64,000 nt of DNA from Anthoceros angustus (lineage: Eukaryota; Plantae; Anthocerotophyta): contig MU008158.1 in NCBI GenBank assembly GCA_010909165.1, forward strand, positions 1,885,478 through 1,949,477, in the 5' to 3' direction. Both the position numbers and the translations under genes were made by a program. Of the stretch, positions 23,166 to 35,563 are shown piece after piece. The notes under the pieces were generated by a model. The model did not search any database, was not told the DNA's origin, and saw only the letters and a program-made list of their open reading frames with translations. Each line of letters begins with the position of its first letter. Position 1 is the first letter of the stretch.

Positions 23166-26109
23166 TCACCCGGTGCCTCGCTATCACGTACATTGTCGAC
23201 TCATGAATGCCCATAGCTGGTGCTGTTACTCTGCGGGAACTTCTGTTGTACTCGGCTGGATGGGCTGAAAGCGAACATTAGCTGCTCACTCTCTCTGTCC
23301 CTGATTCTCATGCACATCATCTTCCATTTCTTTTGCTTGTTTACTGTTGCCTTGCCACTCGTTGCAGTGGCCCTCTTACAGTATTCTGCGAAAATGTTAT
23401 TGGCAAGTCCTCCTTGGTCAGCCTTGATCATCATGGTACATCAATTGTTCACTTTATCTTCTTAAGTGACTCCATGTGATTTGAATGAATGGTTACGATG
23501 ACTCCGCCAAAATGGCCTCGTCGATGCACTCTTCACGTTGCTTGGACTGCTCCTACCATCTTAAGTGAATTATTTCTCCTTAATAAGCGTGAGGCTGCGA
23601 CTTATCCACGACTCGCCGTGCTTGGCTTCATCTCCGGATGTGCTTTACAACAAAATTGCCTCGAATGCCAGTCTTCTCACACACGCTACACTTCACATCG
23701 CTTTAGCTCCATTGTAAACATATCTGACATTCTCTCGCCTTGTGTGTCACACTAGCACTCTGTAGCACTTGTCATCACTCACATTCAACACTGCATTTAC
23801 AGGCCTAATTCTGTTGCTGCTGCCAGCATGTGCTTGACGCCCCTGTTGTTTTGAGCTTTCTCCTTGCTTTGACGTTCCACTTGTTCTTCTGGTCTGCTCA
23901 AAGAAAGCCCTGCTGTAAGAATCTGCTGGATCTATCAATTCCGCTACTTCATAAGCCTGTGCCAATGTATATTTCTGCCCTCTAGTAGACCACAAAAGGT
24001 AGTTCTTCTCTCAACTTGTATGTTAGACATTGCAAAAGCGTCTCATTGCTTGCTTCTCACTATAGATCTCCGTGTCTACAAGCTTCTCCAACCTCCTATA
24101 CATCATCTTCAACGTTTCACCTTTTTCTTGTGAAGTCGTTAACTCTTGAATCTTCTCCGGCGGGTCTTTGGAAACTCATCACGTGAATATGTCATGTCAC
24201 CGCAGGATACGTGTGTGCCATGTTAGTCACGATCTTGCCGTCTCTGCTTTGTGGTGATGATTGTCCTCGGCATCTACGGTTTGCTTACGATATGCCGCGA
24301 GCTTCCCCGGATGTCTCGCCATTTGGATAAATCAAACCGTGCACATGTGTACATTCTTATCTGCGGCTCTCCAAGAATGGCTTCCGACTTATCCTCGAAC
24401 TCCTCAAATGGGCGCCACAGCGCACATCATGACTCATGCCGCGAGCCATGCTCACGACTATCCATCTTGTTTTCAACTCTAACGACTCGATCTTGTCGTC
24501 CTCCTCTTGCCCACGTCTCCAATTACCTTTTGAATACTTGAGCAAAGGTGTTTTAAGCCCGACACGTCGTATCTTGACCAAAATCGTACCAACAATCCTC
24601 GAGTTCATACCAACACCATCAACCATGTCAAATAACAAGTGTTATTCACTATCCTCCCTGCGGTCTTGTATACAAGTCACCACTCAGCTCACATCAATCA
24701 ACATTCCACCCCTTAAAATTCTTTGGTCTCAACCCTTGACTTGCATGCGCTCTAGTCGTTCTTGCTCCCACAATCTTCTAATCTTTGAGATCTCTGATAT
24801 CTGCTTTGGATAATCAAGCCCATACACACAATGATCTTGTAGTGCACTCCGACTCGTCTGATTTAATCAACAAAAGCTGCTCTAAACTTCAATTCATTAA
24901 GCCTAACCATGGTTTGGCTAGCTCACGTAATTTGGACAACCCACAGCCGCACTCCACAAATGCTTCAGCAATTTCTTTTGCACCGTTGTAAGCTTGGACA
25001 CGACCGTTGGGTCTCACAATCCAAAATGCTTCTTCCCGAGCTGCTCTGTGAGGACGCCTTATGCTGTGAAAAGGATCATTCACCTCTTGCACTTCCTTGT
25101 CCGAGCTCGCTAGCACTTCAGCCTCCGCTCCGAACACTTCTTCAAGCTTGCCAGTTCTGACTAAGCCTGAACTAGTTGTGTCAGCCTTTTCAACAACATG
25201 ATCTTTTCGAGGCTGCTCACGACTCGCCTTTTACATGCCTTCTTGCCAGGTCTGCTGCTCAACCACCCCACGATTAAGACAATGCTGCCGACTATTGCTA
25301 TAGCAGTCCACCAAGTTCCTACCACAGTCTGCACAGATAGCCTGTCCACCGAACACATATATCCACAGTTATAGTGAGATCTTCCTGTTTCTTCACATGA
25401 AAGTCTGCTTCATCCTTGCAGTCATGGTCTCTAAGTTCTTGCAGCAACTGGTCAAGCTACGCATTCACAACACAATTTCAAACTGCTGCCTCACAAGTTG
25501 CATGTTTGCATTCTGCAACAATACACACTCGGAACCCTTGTATAGTCATCAACTCAATTGTTGATCACCGACACAAACACCTGCCTCACGGACAACATCA
25601 TCTAGGACATCCCATGCAATCACTTCAACTCTCAACATTTAGCTTCCCAATGATCAATCACGGTGATCATTATTGCCTTCTGCACATGTAGATGACTTAA
25701 GTAAATCGAATCAACCGGGCCTTCACCACAAAGCGCAGCGTCACGACTTCCATTCTTTGGGCGGTCTCACCGCGTCAATCGGCAACATCATTGCAAGCCC
25801 GCAATACTGTGAGCCTTTGATTTACACCGAACTTTTGTTTTCACATCAACTTTGCAAGAATCGCACGCTTTGATCCCCATTCTCAGAGCGACTTCATTAG
25901 CATGCCACCATTTTGCTTACAATGCTTACACCGCAATCAACATGAGCACGCGTTCAGGGTTTTGATCGAGTCACCGGCAATCATTACAGACCGCCTTCTG
26001 TTCTCGCACTTACCGAGGCTCACAATTCAACCATAATTGACCGTGCACTCACTCATCTCGCCCGCCGAGCTCGAACCTTGCGCAGATCCATTAGTGAATC
26101 AATCGATCA

Positions 26110-26604
26110 ATGCTCTCACATCACCAGCATCCACACTCATGCAGGCGCTACCACAACCTAGCGCTTTCACTCGAAATATGCTCACGGTCACCCTCTCGAT
26201 TATGGCACGCTCAGATCGAGCACTATCACGCCGGTAAAACAACTCGAGCCAATCTGCGCACGCAATATCCACACCACGCCTCACCGTCATGAGCCTTGGA
26301 AAGAGTCGACAATCCGTCACACACGCATATTGCACACACAACACACTGCGTTTATTGCCTTGAGACCCAAACCGAATAAATCGGTTGTACAAGATGAACC
26401 TCTTTTCAAGGGCTCGTTGCGTCGTCCCCTCGTCTTTATTTGCCACCGGCCGTTTTCCTACTTTGCTACTTGCTGCCCGCATGAAGCTTATGGCTATGAC
26501 CTATTTCCATACCGTACACATCGCCGGCTATGATGCCAAGACATCGATTACACAAATACCTAATTAAGGATGAGTAACCTAAGGTTCTATGACGACTCAT
26601 GACA
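26110..26604 (-). repeat. 5' LTR of the DNMT-bearing gypsy element
   Basis: Starts TGTCATGAG on the - strand at 26604, abutting MULE transposase sequence; aligns with 11235-11726. The inner boundary is approximate. Confidence 0.7.
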
Positions 26605-27193
26605 CATCCACCTCATCTACTAAATATGGGAAGCCAATCGACGCCTACCTCGTAACCGCGCTTGGTGAACGAAGCTCTCATCTTCAAATGAAGATGGTAT
26701 GCTTCAATCGAGCTATTACAATCGCTGCATGGGGCAACGTCCATACTGAGCCACATGTGTATGATGTTCACCATGCTTGAAGTACTTGATAAAATGGAAG
26801 AGTGGCTCATATTGGACATCTGGGATCTACTAATTTGAGCTTTCTTTCCCTTCGAAATGTGTGGTGATGTCGCACGAGGTAATAAGCACTAGAATTCATA
26901 TAAGCACTTCCCCACCAACAACCAAGCAAACAAATCTAATCTGTGAGATATATAGGTGCAACCAATAATAACAGGGAGAGGAGGAGCTCACATCGCGTGG
27001 CACAACACACTCTCCCACGAACAACACGCAAATTCCTCACACGCCGGCTCTGGGTCATGGCTTTGGCCTCCTCACAACACCCGTTGCATATCAGAGGGAC
27101 AGATCCGAGCTTGTCCTCAATGGAAGGGTCTATATACTGGCCCTTGGCATTGGCATATTCCTAAGATATCCATCACATCAAAGACACGGGAAT

Positions 27194-27495
27194 ATCCTAA
27201 GAATACACTATAATATACAAATATGCCAAAGCATATTACTTGAGCTTATCCACTTAGCTATTGTATCCTAAGAATACACTATAATATGCAAGGAATATGC
27301 CAAAGCATATTACTTGAGCTTATCCACTTAGCTATTGCTAACCATGTTTAATTAACACTAATCAATGCTTAATTAACGTAAGCACCTTAGATTAATTAAC
27401 ACTAATCAACACTTAATTAACATAAGCATCATAGATTAATTAACACTAATTACTTACTTAAAGATAAGTAATTAGATTAATTAATGCTAATTAAA
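27194..27495. repeat. About 70-bp tandem duplication followed by AT-rich TTAATTAA repeats inside the MULE
   Basis: ATCCTAAGAATACACTATAATAT...CCACTTAGCTATTG twice (27194-27337), then repeated ATTAATTAACACTAAT-type units. Confidence 0.8.
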
Positions 27496-29119
27496 AACTA
27501 AATCCAAGTGCAGAGATTAGTATCATACGGCATGACAGCGACCCTCTGAGGTACATAATGTTACCCAACTTTTGCATGATGTCCGCCCTTGCTTGCCCAT
27601 TCTTCACTTTCTGCAATAAGTTTCGTAATCATGCACGCCTTATGTGCCAAAGGCATAAGAATACCAACATGCCATCTCCAAAAACGTACTTGATGGCATT
27701 GATCTCCGTTTGGTAGTCATCTACTAAAAACGTGTTGGGCTTCCAAGTTGGGTCTTCCAGCGTTGCCCGTGCCCGCAACACTTGTAACCATTTGGACATT
27801 CTCGCTCCATCAACCTCCTTGCATAACAGCCAAGCCACTGGAATCCTGTTCATGAAGTTATCGAACACCAGCAAACTGACCAACTGGAAATGCCACTTAT
27901 TCAATCCGAAGGTGGCATCCATAGCTATAATAGAGTTATGCCCCCATGTAACCATCATCTCCAACATGAATTGCTCGCAGCACAAAACCTGGTTAGCCAT
28001 GCTTGAAACAACAGGATTCTCAAGATAGAAAACTAAGTGCCTGTTGACGTCCATCCAAATACGGACACTCTCTGCGTCATTGGTGTGTAGCTGATATGTT
28101 CGAGTTGAGACATAGGCTTCCATATTCTGGACATCCTTTGGTGTCAAAAAACCATCCCTTGTAAACTTGTAACCTGCATCCCTCCGTCGTTTCTCATGCT
28201 CTCCTTCTTCGTTGTCAAGCAATATCTGTTGTTTAGGTACTTGACACAACAACTTGTGCTGCACCCACCTTCTCTTTTCTTGTGACAGGGCTAGGGCTAG
28301 CCATGCAGGATGGGATAGGGGACCTGGCATGAGTTCTCCATGATATAATTCACCTGTGGCATCCGTGTGAGAACAATGCTACAACCTCACTTCCAATATG
28401 TCAGGCCACTTAAGTAACCGGGTCACAACAAATTGGAAGAGTGTGGAGTATCACATGTATCCTAACCCTTCTCTGAACTGTCAGGATGAATGAATTTTTT
28501 TTTGTTTTTGGTGTCTTAGTATAGCGGAATGTTTTGGAATCGTCCGGGTAAGGCCTTTTATACGGAAAGGGTCCTTGGCCCATGGTGATAATAATATTTT
28601 CTTGTCCTTGGGTTTTGACCCTGGCTAGGAAGGTTAGATATAGAGTCCTTGGGTTTTGGTGATTTTAGAAATAAGAAGGTGTCTATATATGCGAGGGATG
28701 CCTACATTTTACTACAGTTGCGCAGTCAAGTGGGGAGGTGGCTAGTTCCACCACGGTGGCCGGAGACGGGGCGTACAGACCAGGGGGAGTTCACAACCCT
28801 AGTGGCGGAGCGGGCCGCCAGGCGCCCGGAAGAAGAACACACGACATCGCGAGGTCGCGAATTTCCGGGCGAGGGGCGAGCTGCAGCAGGGGCGCACGAC
28901 GCAATCACACCGCATCAAATCACCGCTTTCTGCGGTGTAGCAGTGGCATGTCGATCAGCCGAGCGCGGCTCGAGGAGGGAAACCAGGCGCGAATCGCGGG
29001 GGGGGGGAGGCGGGGAGGACCACAAGAGGAGCGACAGAGCCTTGAGGGTGGTGCTTTTCTCTCTGACCAGCGTCTGCAGGAGAGCCAAGGTTTTTTTTGA
29101 AGACGAAGGAGGAAGGGAG

Positions 29120-32100
29120 ATGGCGCCTCGAGCCGCGGAAGAAATTCCCACCATACAGTGGCCCAACATGGACCACTGGAAGGTTAGAGCTGGCGATCTT
29201 GTGCAGGAACTGGGCCTAGATTTCATGTAGAAAAAATGGTGCTACGACAGCCCAGCATTAGTGTAGGAGTGTGCCCAGTGGGGTTTCTCCTGTCAAAAGG
29301 GGTCTTGGAAAAAATCCCAACCCTATTTCGCCGGAAACTGAAGTTGCTTTGGTTTTTGTTGGTTTTTGTTGGTTTTTGTAGGTGTTCATCCATCGGTTCC
29401 GGGCATTCTCGGCTCGGCACCACTTCCTGAGTCATTTACACGCATTGGCGCCTTGTACTCGAGTTCATGGCGATTTAGTCGGTGTGATGAAGGGCTAGTG
29501 ACCTCATTGTTCCATAATTTCGTCATGTCGTAGTTTACGCATTTTGTGTGGTTTTGTATATTTTGTATACCGGGGGCCTAGGCGCATAAGTGCGTCTAAA
29601 CAACGCTATCGCAAACTTGTGCACGTGCAAAAGAACGCGAAAAATAATCTTCTAATGGGGACACATGTCCTTTTGGAGGTCCGAGGATGCCGAACTCCCA
29701 ACAAAATAACAAGTAGTAGACATCGGCGGAGGTTCACCTAGACCGCTCTCATATATCTATCCTATGCCTAATGCGACGAAGAACACCCTATCCCTTTTTA
29801 TCCTTTACGGTGTTTAGTCTCTTTCGTGACCTAGTACGGGTTATCATCAAACATGTTAGGGGGCCCGGTGGGTGAACAAGTGCATGTACCAGGGGCAGGC
29901 TGTGCGCACAAGTGCGCGCACTGTGGGCAGGAGGCCAGTGCACACACAAGTGCACGCACCCAAGGTCAAGAAGGGCCTAGGAGCATAAACCCATATGGTT
30001 CATGCCTCCTAGTACATTCCCAGACGGTTCATCCAAAGAAAAAAAGAGCAAAAAGTCTAAAAAACCCTTAAAACCCCTAAAAAAATCACAAAAAAGTCCA
30101 ATTTTTTGAGGCAAGTGCGCGCACTTGCCCTAAAATTTTGACAATTTTTTGAATTGTTTTGTATTTTTTTTTGATATTTTTTTGTTTTAAAGGGTCCTTT
30201 CGACGTTTTCAACCTTTTTTGTGCACCTCCCTAATGTGGATATGTTTTTATCTTTACTTAACCCTCATCTTTTTTCTAGTGGTTAAAACTTTGAACTAGT
30301 AGTGAGAACCTTTTGCAACTTTTGAATCTTGAGACGCTTACGGGCCCACCCAAGTGCGCACTATGCCACTCTCATTCTCGTGACCGCATGTGGATCAAGA
30401 ATATTAGGTCAACGAAGATATTATTGTCCCAATGTCTAAGAAACAAAGTCTGTAAAATTCTCAGAGCAAGAGTATAGTCTTAGGATTGAGTGGTATGAAT
30501 GAAAGGTTGGTGCGCAAACAAGTTTGCGCACCATGACAAGCCCTAAAAACTCTAAACGCTTAGAGCACGTCCAACACCGCAATGATTGCGGATGTTGGAA
30601 GCTTTAGATGTAAGTGCGCGCGCATAAGTTTGCGCGAATTTCTAGTTTGAAAGAAAAGCCGAGCGAGAATGGGACTTTAGGTTTTGCCACGTACTTGCAA
30701 TCTACAATCTCAAATAACGTGTATCAAAACAATTATTCAAAAGGTTGCGGGTGACATGTCTGAGAGAAATACCAAAAGGGATTATAGTGCGGATTTTTCA
30801 GTGCAAATCCGCGTCAGTGCAAAGGGGTTTCAGGAGAAACCCCTTTCTAAACAGACGTGGTGGCACCAACTGAGAACCAAAACGCAAGAGGGCGACGCGA
30901 GGAAGAGGCCACAACATTGGGATTTGGGGCTCTTCCGAGCCGTGTATGGGCGAGAAGAATCAGAAGATGGGAGCCTGGTGATTGAACCGCAGAGGAAGAA
31001 AACTCTGAAAGCTGCAACAGCCGCGCTCATGAAGCCTGGGGAAGTGAGAGTTAACAATGGACGGGTAACCGCCGTGGTCTCAGGTACCGGTGGTTGGCCA
31101 AGTGGATTTTGTGTTTCCTTCAGAATCGAAAGTTAGATCACATGGCGGACCACTTCCTGGTCTTCCTTCATGAAGTGGTCAAGGGCACGCAGATCGATTG
31201 GGGAAGGATGATTTTTGAAAGAACTTGTGAAGAGAAGGCGAATTTGCTCCCCCCCTCCCCTCGGCCTTCCTTGATTTCAACCTTTTTGATTCATGTGTTT
31301 GAGCATTCCGGATGCCTAACGGAGTTGGAAGCCGTGTCTGCCCTTCATAGCTGGAAACCGGTCAGAGAACTCAAGGTGGAGGAGGAGGAGTATAAGGAGG
31401 ATTCCAGGAGTTGGGAATGCGCCTCTCTAGAAGATTCGGATGAGGGTGGGGAGGTTTCCAAGGGCAAGAGGAAGAGAGTAGCGACGACTGAACGGGGGTC
31501 GGCCAAAAAGGGGAAAACAGCTGCAGTAGAGGAGGAACCACAGCTACACCTAGGGTCACCAGGTCAAAGTCGGCAGCAGGGTCGCGGGTGAAGGAGGGGA
31601 AGTTAAAAGGGAAACGGCAGGTTGCTCCCCCAACTGGTGCGGAGGATGAGTCGCTGCCGCTAGGTGAGGTTGGAACGAATGAAGCAACAGTTGCAGACCA
31701 ACCCCTAAGAGAGGAAGGGTTAGTTTCGGCAGCCGGGCCCGCGACGGAGCTCAAGGACATTTTTGGCGATATCTCATTAACCCGACCAGCGGAAGTGGAG
31801 GCGAGTGACGCAGCTCGTGTGCGGGAATTATTGTGGAAGGGAATGGGCACGGGAACAGCCCAATTCGGGGGTCTGCAGGCTCTGGCCACTGCCATGGCTC
31901 AGACTCAGGCGGATCTTCTCGACCAGGCAGCCATGGCTCTCACTTGGCTGAGTGTGCAGGGGCAACAAGAGAAGTTGCTCGAGGAGAAGTTGGAGGGCCT
32001 GGAGGGCGAGAACAAGGTGGCAGAGGGTCGCAGACGGGAGTGCGAGGAGGCATTGTGCAGGGCACAGGAACAGCTGAAGGTCATAACCACCCAACAGGAG

Positions 32101-33006
32101 GCCCTAGGAAATCAAGTAAAAGGAGCGCACGCTACGATTGAGGAGCTCCAGAATGAGGTCTCGCGAGTCCAAGAGCAGGTGGAGACGATGGCGCCCCTGG
32201 AGAAATTCAAGAAACTGGCGGAGAGATATAAGCGGGAGAGAGATGAAGCTAGGGCCAGAGTCAAGAGAGAGGCAGGCAAACCAAAGAAGGGCAGAGCAAC
32301 AGCCACCGCAGTAGCCGAAGCAACCACCGTGGGAGAAGCAACCACCACGGTGGCTAAACCGGCCACCGTCGCGGAGGGAGGAACCGAGGTGGGGGAAGCC
32401 ACCGACAGGAGCGCTGCAGGTGGGGATACAACTCCCCTGGATTCCGGAAGGCAGCCGGTTCAGGATTGTCCACGGGAGGAGAGGGTAAGGACCTATGTAG
32501 CAGAAGGGCGTATTGTGCTGCGGCGTCTGGATGAGGATGCTCATGTCACGGCCACACACGCATGGTGGCGGGTGCTCACTCTAAATGTGTTGTGGTTGTT
32601 GGGGAGGAGGAGGCGAAACTCGGTTGCACATCTTGACCGCCACGGGCATTTACCATGGTTCTTTTCGAACGGAGTGGGCCTACCCCAAGTGGTGATCGAG
32701 GAGATGAGCGGGCGGAGGCAGGCGTGGAGGAGGAGCACAGGTGTGGCTGTCCAAATGACGAGGAGGAACAACAGCATAGGGCCTATAGGCAGCATACGGA
32801 AGAAGCGAAGAAACCGCGGCGGCGGCGGTGAGGTGGAGGTTTTGGGGAAGAATCGCTCGGATCGGGCGTGGCGGGGCGAGGAGGCGAGGGAACCCCATCG
32901 GCCCTTGAGGCTAGGTAGCAATCATGACGCGCCGCCGATTTTAGAGGAGCGACATCACAGCGGGGTTTCTTTTCGGGTTAGGGATAGGATGTTTTCAGTG
33001 CTGTAA
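29120..33006 (+). pseudogene. Conserved ORF of unknown function inside the solo-LTR-like element (interrupted and frameshifted)
   Basis: MAPRAAEEIPTIQWPNMDHWKVRAG..; QLRTK..RKRPQHWDLGLFRAV..EDGSLVI; HFLVFLHEVVKGTQIDWGRMIFE..PSLISTFLIHVF; acidic/basic linker; long coiled-coil-like region. The same peptides occur in copy A. The likely shared stop is at GGGCCTATAG (about 32788 here, 20221 in copy A). Confidence 0.7.
29248..30859. mobile_element. Non-autonomous TIR DNA transposon (hAT-like ends), copy 1
   Basis: About 1.6 kb, near-identical to 33934-35563; right TIR GAGAAACCCCTTTCTAAACAGACG; left TIR garbled; no coding capacity. Confidence 0.75.
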
Positions 33007-33933
33007 TTCGGAATTGGTAGGAGCGCCCGTGGTAGTGGGCCATATTTTCTTGACACTGGAGAGGAGTGAGCTGTGGTGATCCGCAGCTGGATGTATAAGA
33101 GGCCCTTTTTGTGTCTCTCTTAACAGACAATTTCAGGTGTGAGCTTCCGTGTGTTGAACCTACGCGCGAGGTTGGTTAGAGACGTCTGATCAACATCAAA
33201 CTGGTTCGATGCACCGTCTTCTCGTCACAAGAAGACCGGAAGATCCACAGGTGGTCGAGGCCAGGTGGCCAAGCTCCACGTCTGGGAGTGGTGAGCGGTG
33301 AGAGGTAACTGGCGCATGCCGGGGGAGGGGTAGGAATTTCAGCGGAAGGCTGGGGTGAGACTGCCGCAAGGCGAATCGCCCAAGTACTGACCAGTGTTTT
33401 CTTTCCTGTCCTTCCTTTCCAAACCGCTCCCACCGGAACGTGTTTTATTCCATGAGGTGGGGTCTGTGTGGCCCGAGGTGAGGTCTGTGTGGCCTGTGAG
33501 AGAGAGAGAGGATTTATTTGTGGGTGGAGGTCCCCGGAGGGGGCGGATGAGTGTGCGCTGTAGGGGATTGCGTATGCGTTTGGGGAGAACGTGGAATGAT
33601 CGAAAAGAGTGGAAGTGAATGGTGAGATCACGGGGAACCAGCGGCGGAGTGAGGCGCCGCGGCGTTCGAGGTCGTGGTGCATAACCCTCGGAGAAGATCC
33701 GATTGCGGGTATTCCTGGGAGAGAAGTAAGAGTACATGTAGGTGTGTGTATGACCATAACCCCCAAGGACCGCGCCAGAGAAGCCGGGTGACAAATAGTC
33801 TCCCGCGACACGAGTGCGCGCCGTGGGTGGGGCCCGCCACAGTGGTTGAATCAGCCACTACGGTGGTTGAACCTCCCACGGTGGTGGCCGAGTCTTCCAC
33901 GGTGGTGGGTTTGGGCATGGTAGGTTACGGGGA

Positions 33934-35563
33934 CAGCGTACATTTAGAAAGGGTTTCTCACATCAAAGGGTCTTGGAAAAATCCCAACCCTATTTGGAAG
34001 CGAAGTTGCTTTGGTTTTGTTGGTTTTGTTGGTTTTGTAGGTGTTCATCCATCGGTTCGGCATTCTCGGCTCGGCACCACTTCTGTCGAGTCATTTACAC
34101 GCATTGGCGCCTTGTACTCGTGTTCATGGCGATTTAGTCGGTGTGATGAAGGGCTAGTGACCTCATTGTTCCATAATTTCGTCATGTCCGTAGTTTACGC
34201 ATTTTGTGTGGTTTTGTATGTTTTGTATACCGGGGGCCTAGGCGCGCATAAGTGCGGCGTCTAAACAACGCTATCGCAAACTTGTGCCGCTTGTGCAAAA
34301 CGCGAAAAATAATCTTCTAATGGGGAAACATGTCCTTTTGGAGGTCGAGGATGTCTTGGAACTCCCAACAAAATAACAAGTAGTAGACATCGGAGGTTCA
34401 CCTAGACCGCTCTCATATATCTATCCTATGCCCTAATGCGACGAAGAACACCCTATCCCTTTTATCCTTTACGGTGTTTAGTCTCTTTCGGTGACCTAGT
34501 ACCGGGTTATCATCAAACATGTTAGGGGGCCCGGTGGGTGAACAAGTGCATGTACTGGGCAGTATGCCAAGACAAGTGCGCGCACAAGGTCAAGAAGGGC
34601 CTAGGCGCGCATAAGTTTGCGCACTGCAAGGAGGCCTGTGCACGCACAAGTGCACGCACAAGGTCAAGAAGGGCCTAGGAGCATGAACCCATATGGTTCA
34701 TGCCTCCTAGTGCATTCAGACAGTTCATCAAAGAAAAAGAGCAAAAGTCTAAAAACCCTTAAAACCCTAAAAATCACAAAAAGTCCAGTTTTTGAGGCAA
34801 GTGCGACTTGCCCTAAAATTTTTGACAATTTTTGAATTGTTTTGTATTTTTTTGATATTTTTTGTTTTAAAGGGTTCCTTTCGACGCTTTCAACCTTTTT
34901 GTGCACCTCCCTAATGTGGATATGTTCTTATCTTTACTTAACCCTCATCTTTTTCTAGTGGTTAAAACTTTGAACTAGTAGTGAGAACCTTTTGCATCTT
35001 TTGAATCTTGAGACGTTTGGCGTGGGCCCAGCTCCAAGTGCAGACCATGCCACTCTCATTCTCGCACTGCATGTGGATCAAGAGCATCAGGTCAACGAAG
35101 ATATTATTGTCCCAATGTCTAAGAAACAAAGTCCTGTAAAATTCTCGGGCGAGTATAGTCTTAGGATTGAGTGGTATGAATGAAAGGTTGGTGCGCAAAC
35201 AAGTTTGCGCACAGTCTGACAAGCCCTAAAAACTCTAAAGCGTTTGTATCGTCCAACACGGCAATGATTGCGGATGTTGGAAGCTGTTTGATGTAAGTGC
35301 GCGCATAAGTTTGCGCCGTTGTCTAGTTTGAAAGAAAAAGCCGAACGAGAATGGGACTTTAGGTTTTTGCCACGTACTTGCAATCTACAATCTCAAATAA
35401 CGTGTATCAAAACAATTATTCAAAAGGTTGCGGGTGACATGTCTGCAGAGAAATACCAAAAAGGCTGATTATAGTGCGGATTTTTTCAGGTGCAAAAAGG
35501 GGTCCGGCCACGTCTGTGTGCAAAAAGGGGTTTCAGGAGAAACCCCTTTCTAAACAGACGCTG
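33934..35563. mobile_element. Non-autonomous TIR DNA transposon (hAT-like ends), copy 2
   Basis: Left end CAGCGTACATTTAGAAAGGGTTTCTC is the imperfect inverse of the right end GAGAAACCCCTTTCTAAACAGACGCTG. Superfamily is inferred from the CAG terminus only; the TSD is not readable. Confidence 0.8.

Larger units (their letters stand above)
11235..26604 (-). mobile_element. Ty3/gypsy LTR retrotransposon encoding gag-PR-DNA methyltransferase-RT-RNaseH-integrase, carrying a nested insertion
   Basis: Direct repeats at about 11235-11726 and about 26110-26604 (shared TATGATGCCAAGACATCGATTACACAAATACCTAATTAAGG; the right copy ends ...CATGACA). Domain order on the - strand: gag (about 23.4-24.7 kb), protease VLVDTGAQP (22920-22931), C5-MTase motifs (21371-22260), RT (RMCGDYRPLN, MPFG, YVDD; 13.9-14.9 kb), RNase H (IAYASR, TDHQPL, NADALSR; 13275-13870), integrase (AERNVQTIK, FSPYFLLFGR; 12255-13200). 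The left boundary is imprecise. Confidence 0.85.

Noticed and set aside
29248-35563. Two 1.6-kb direct repeats as the LTR pair of a retroelement
   Set aside because: Each repeat has its own TIRs, no TG..CA ends and no PBS/PPT, and the enclosed DNA is collinear with an uninterrupted copy elsewhere.
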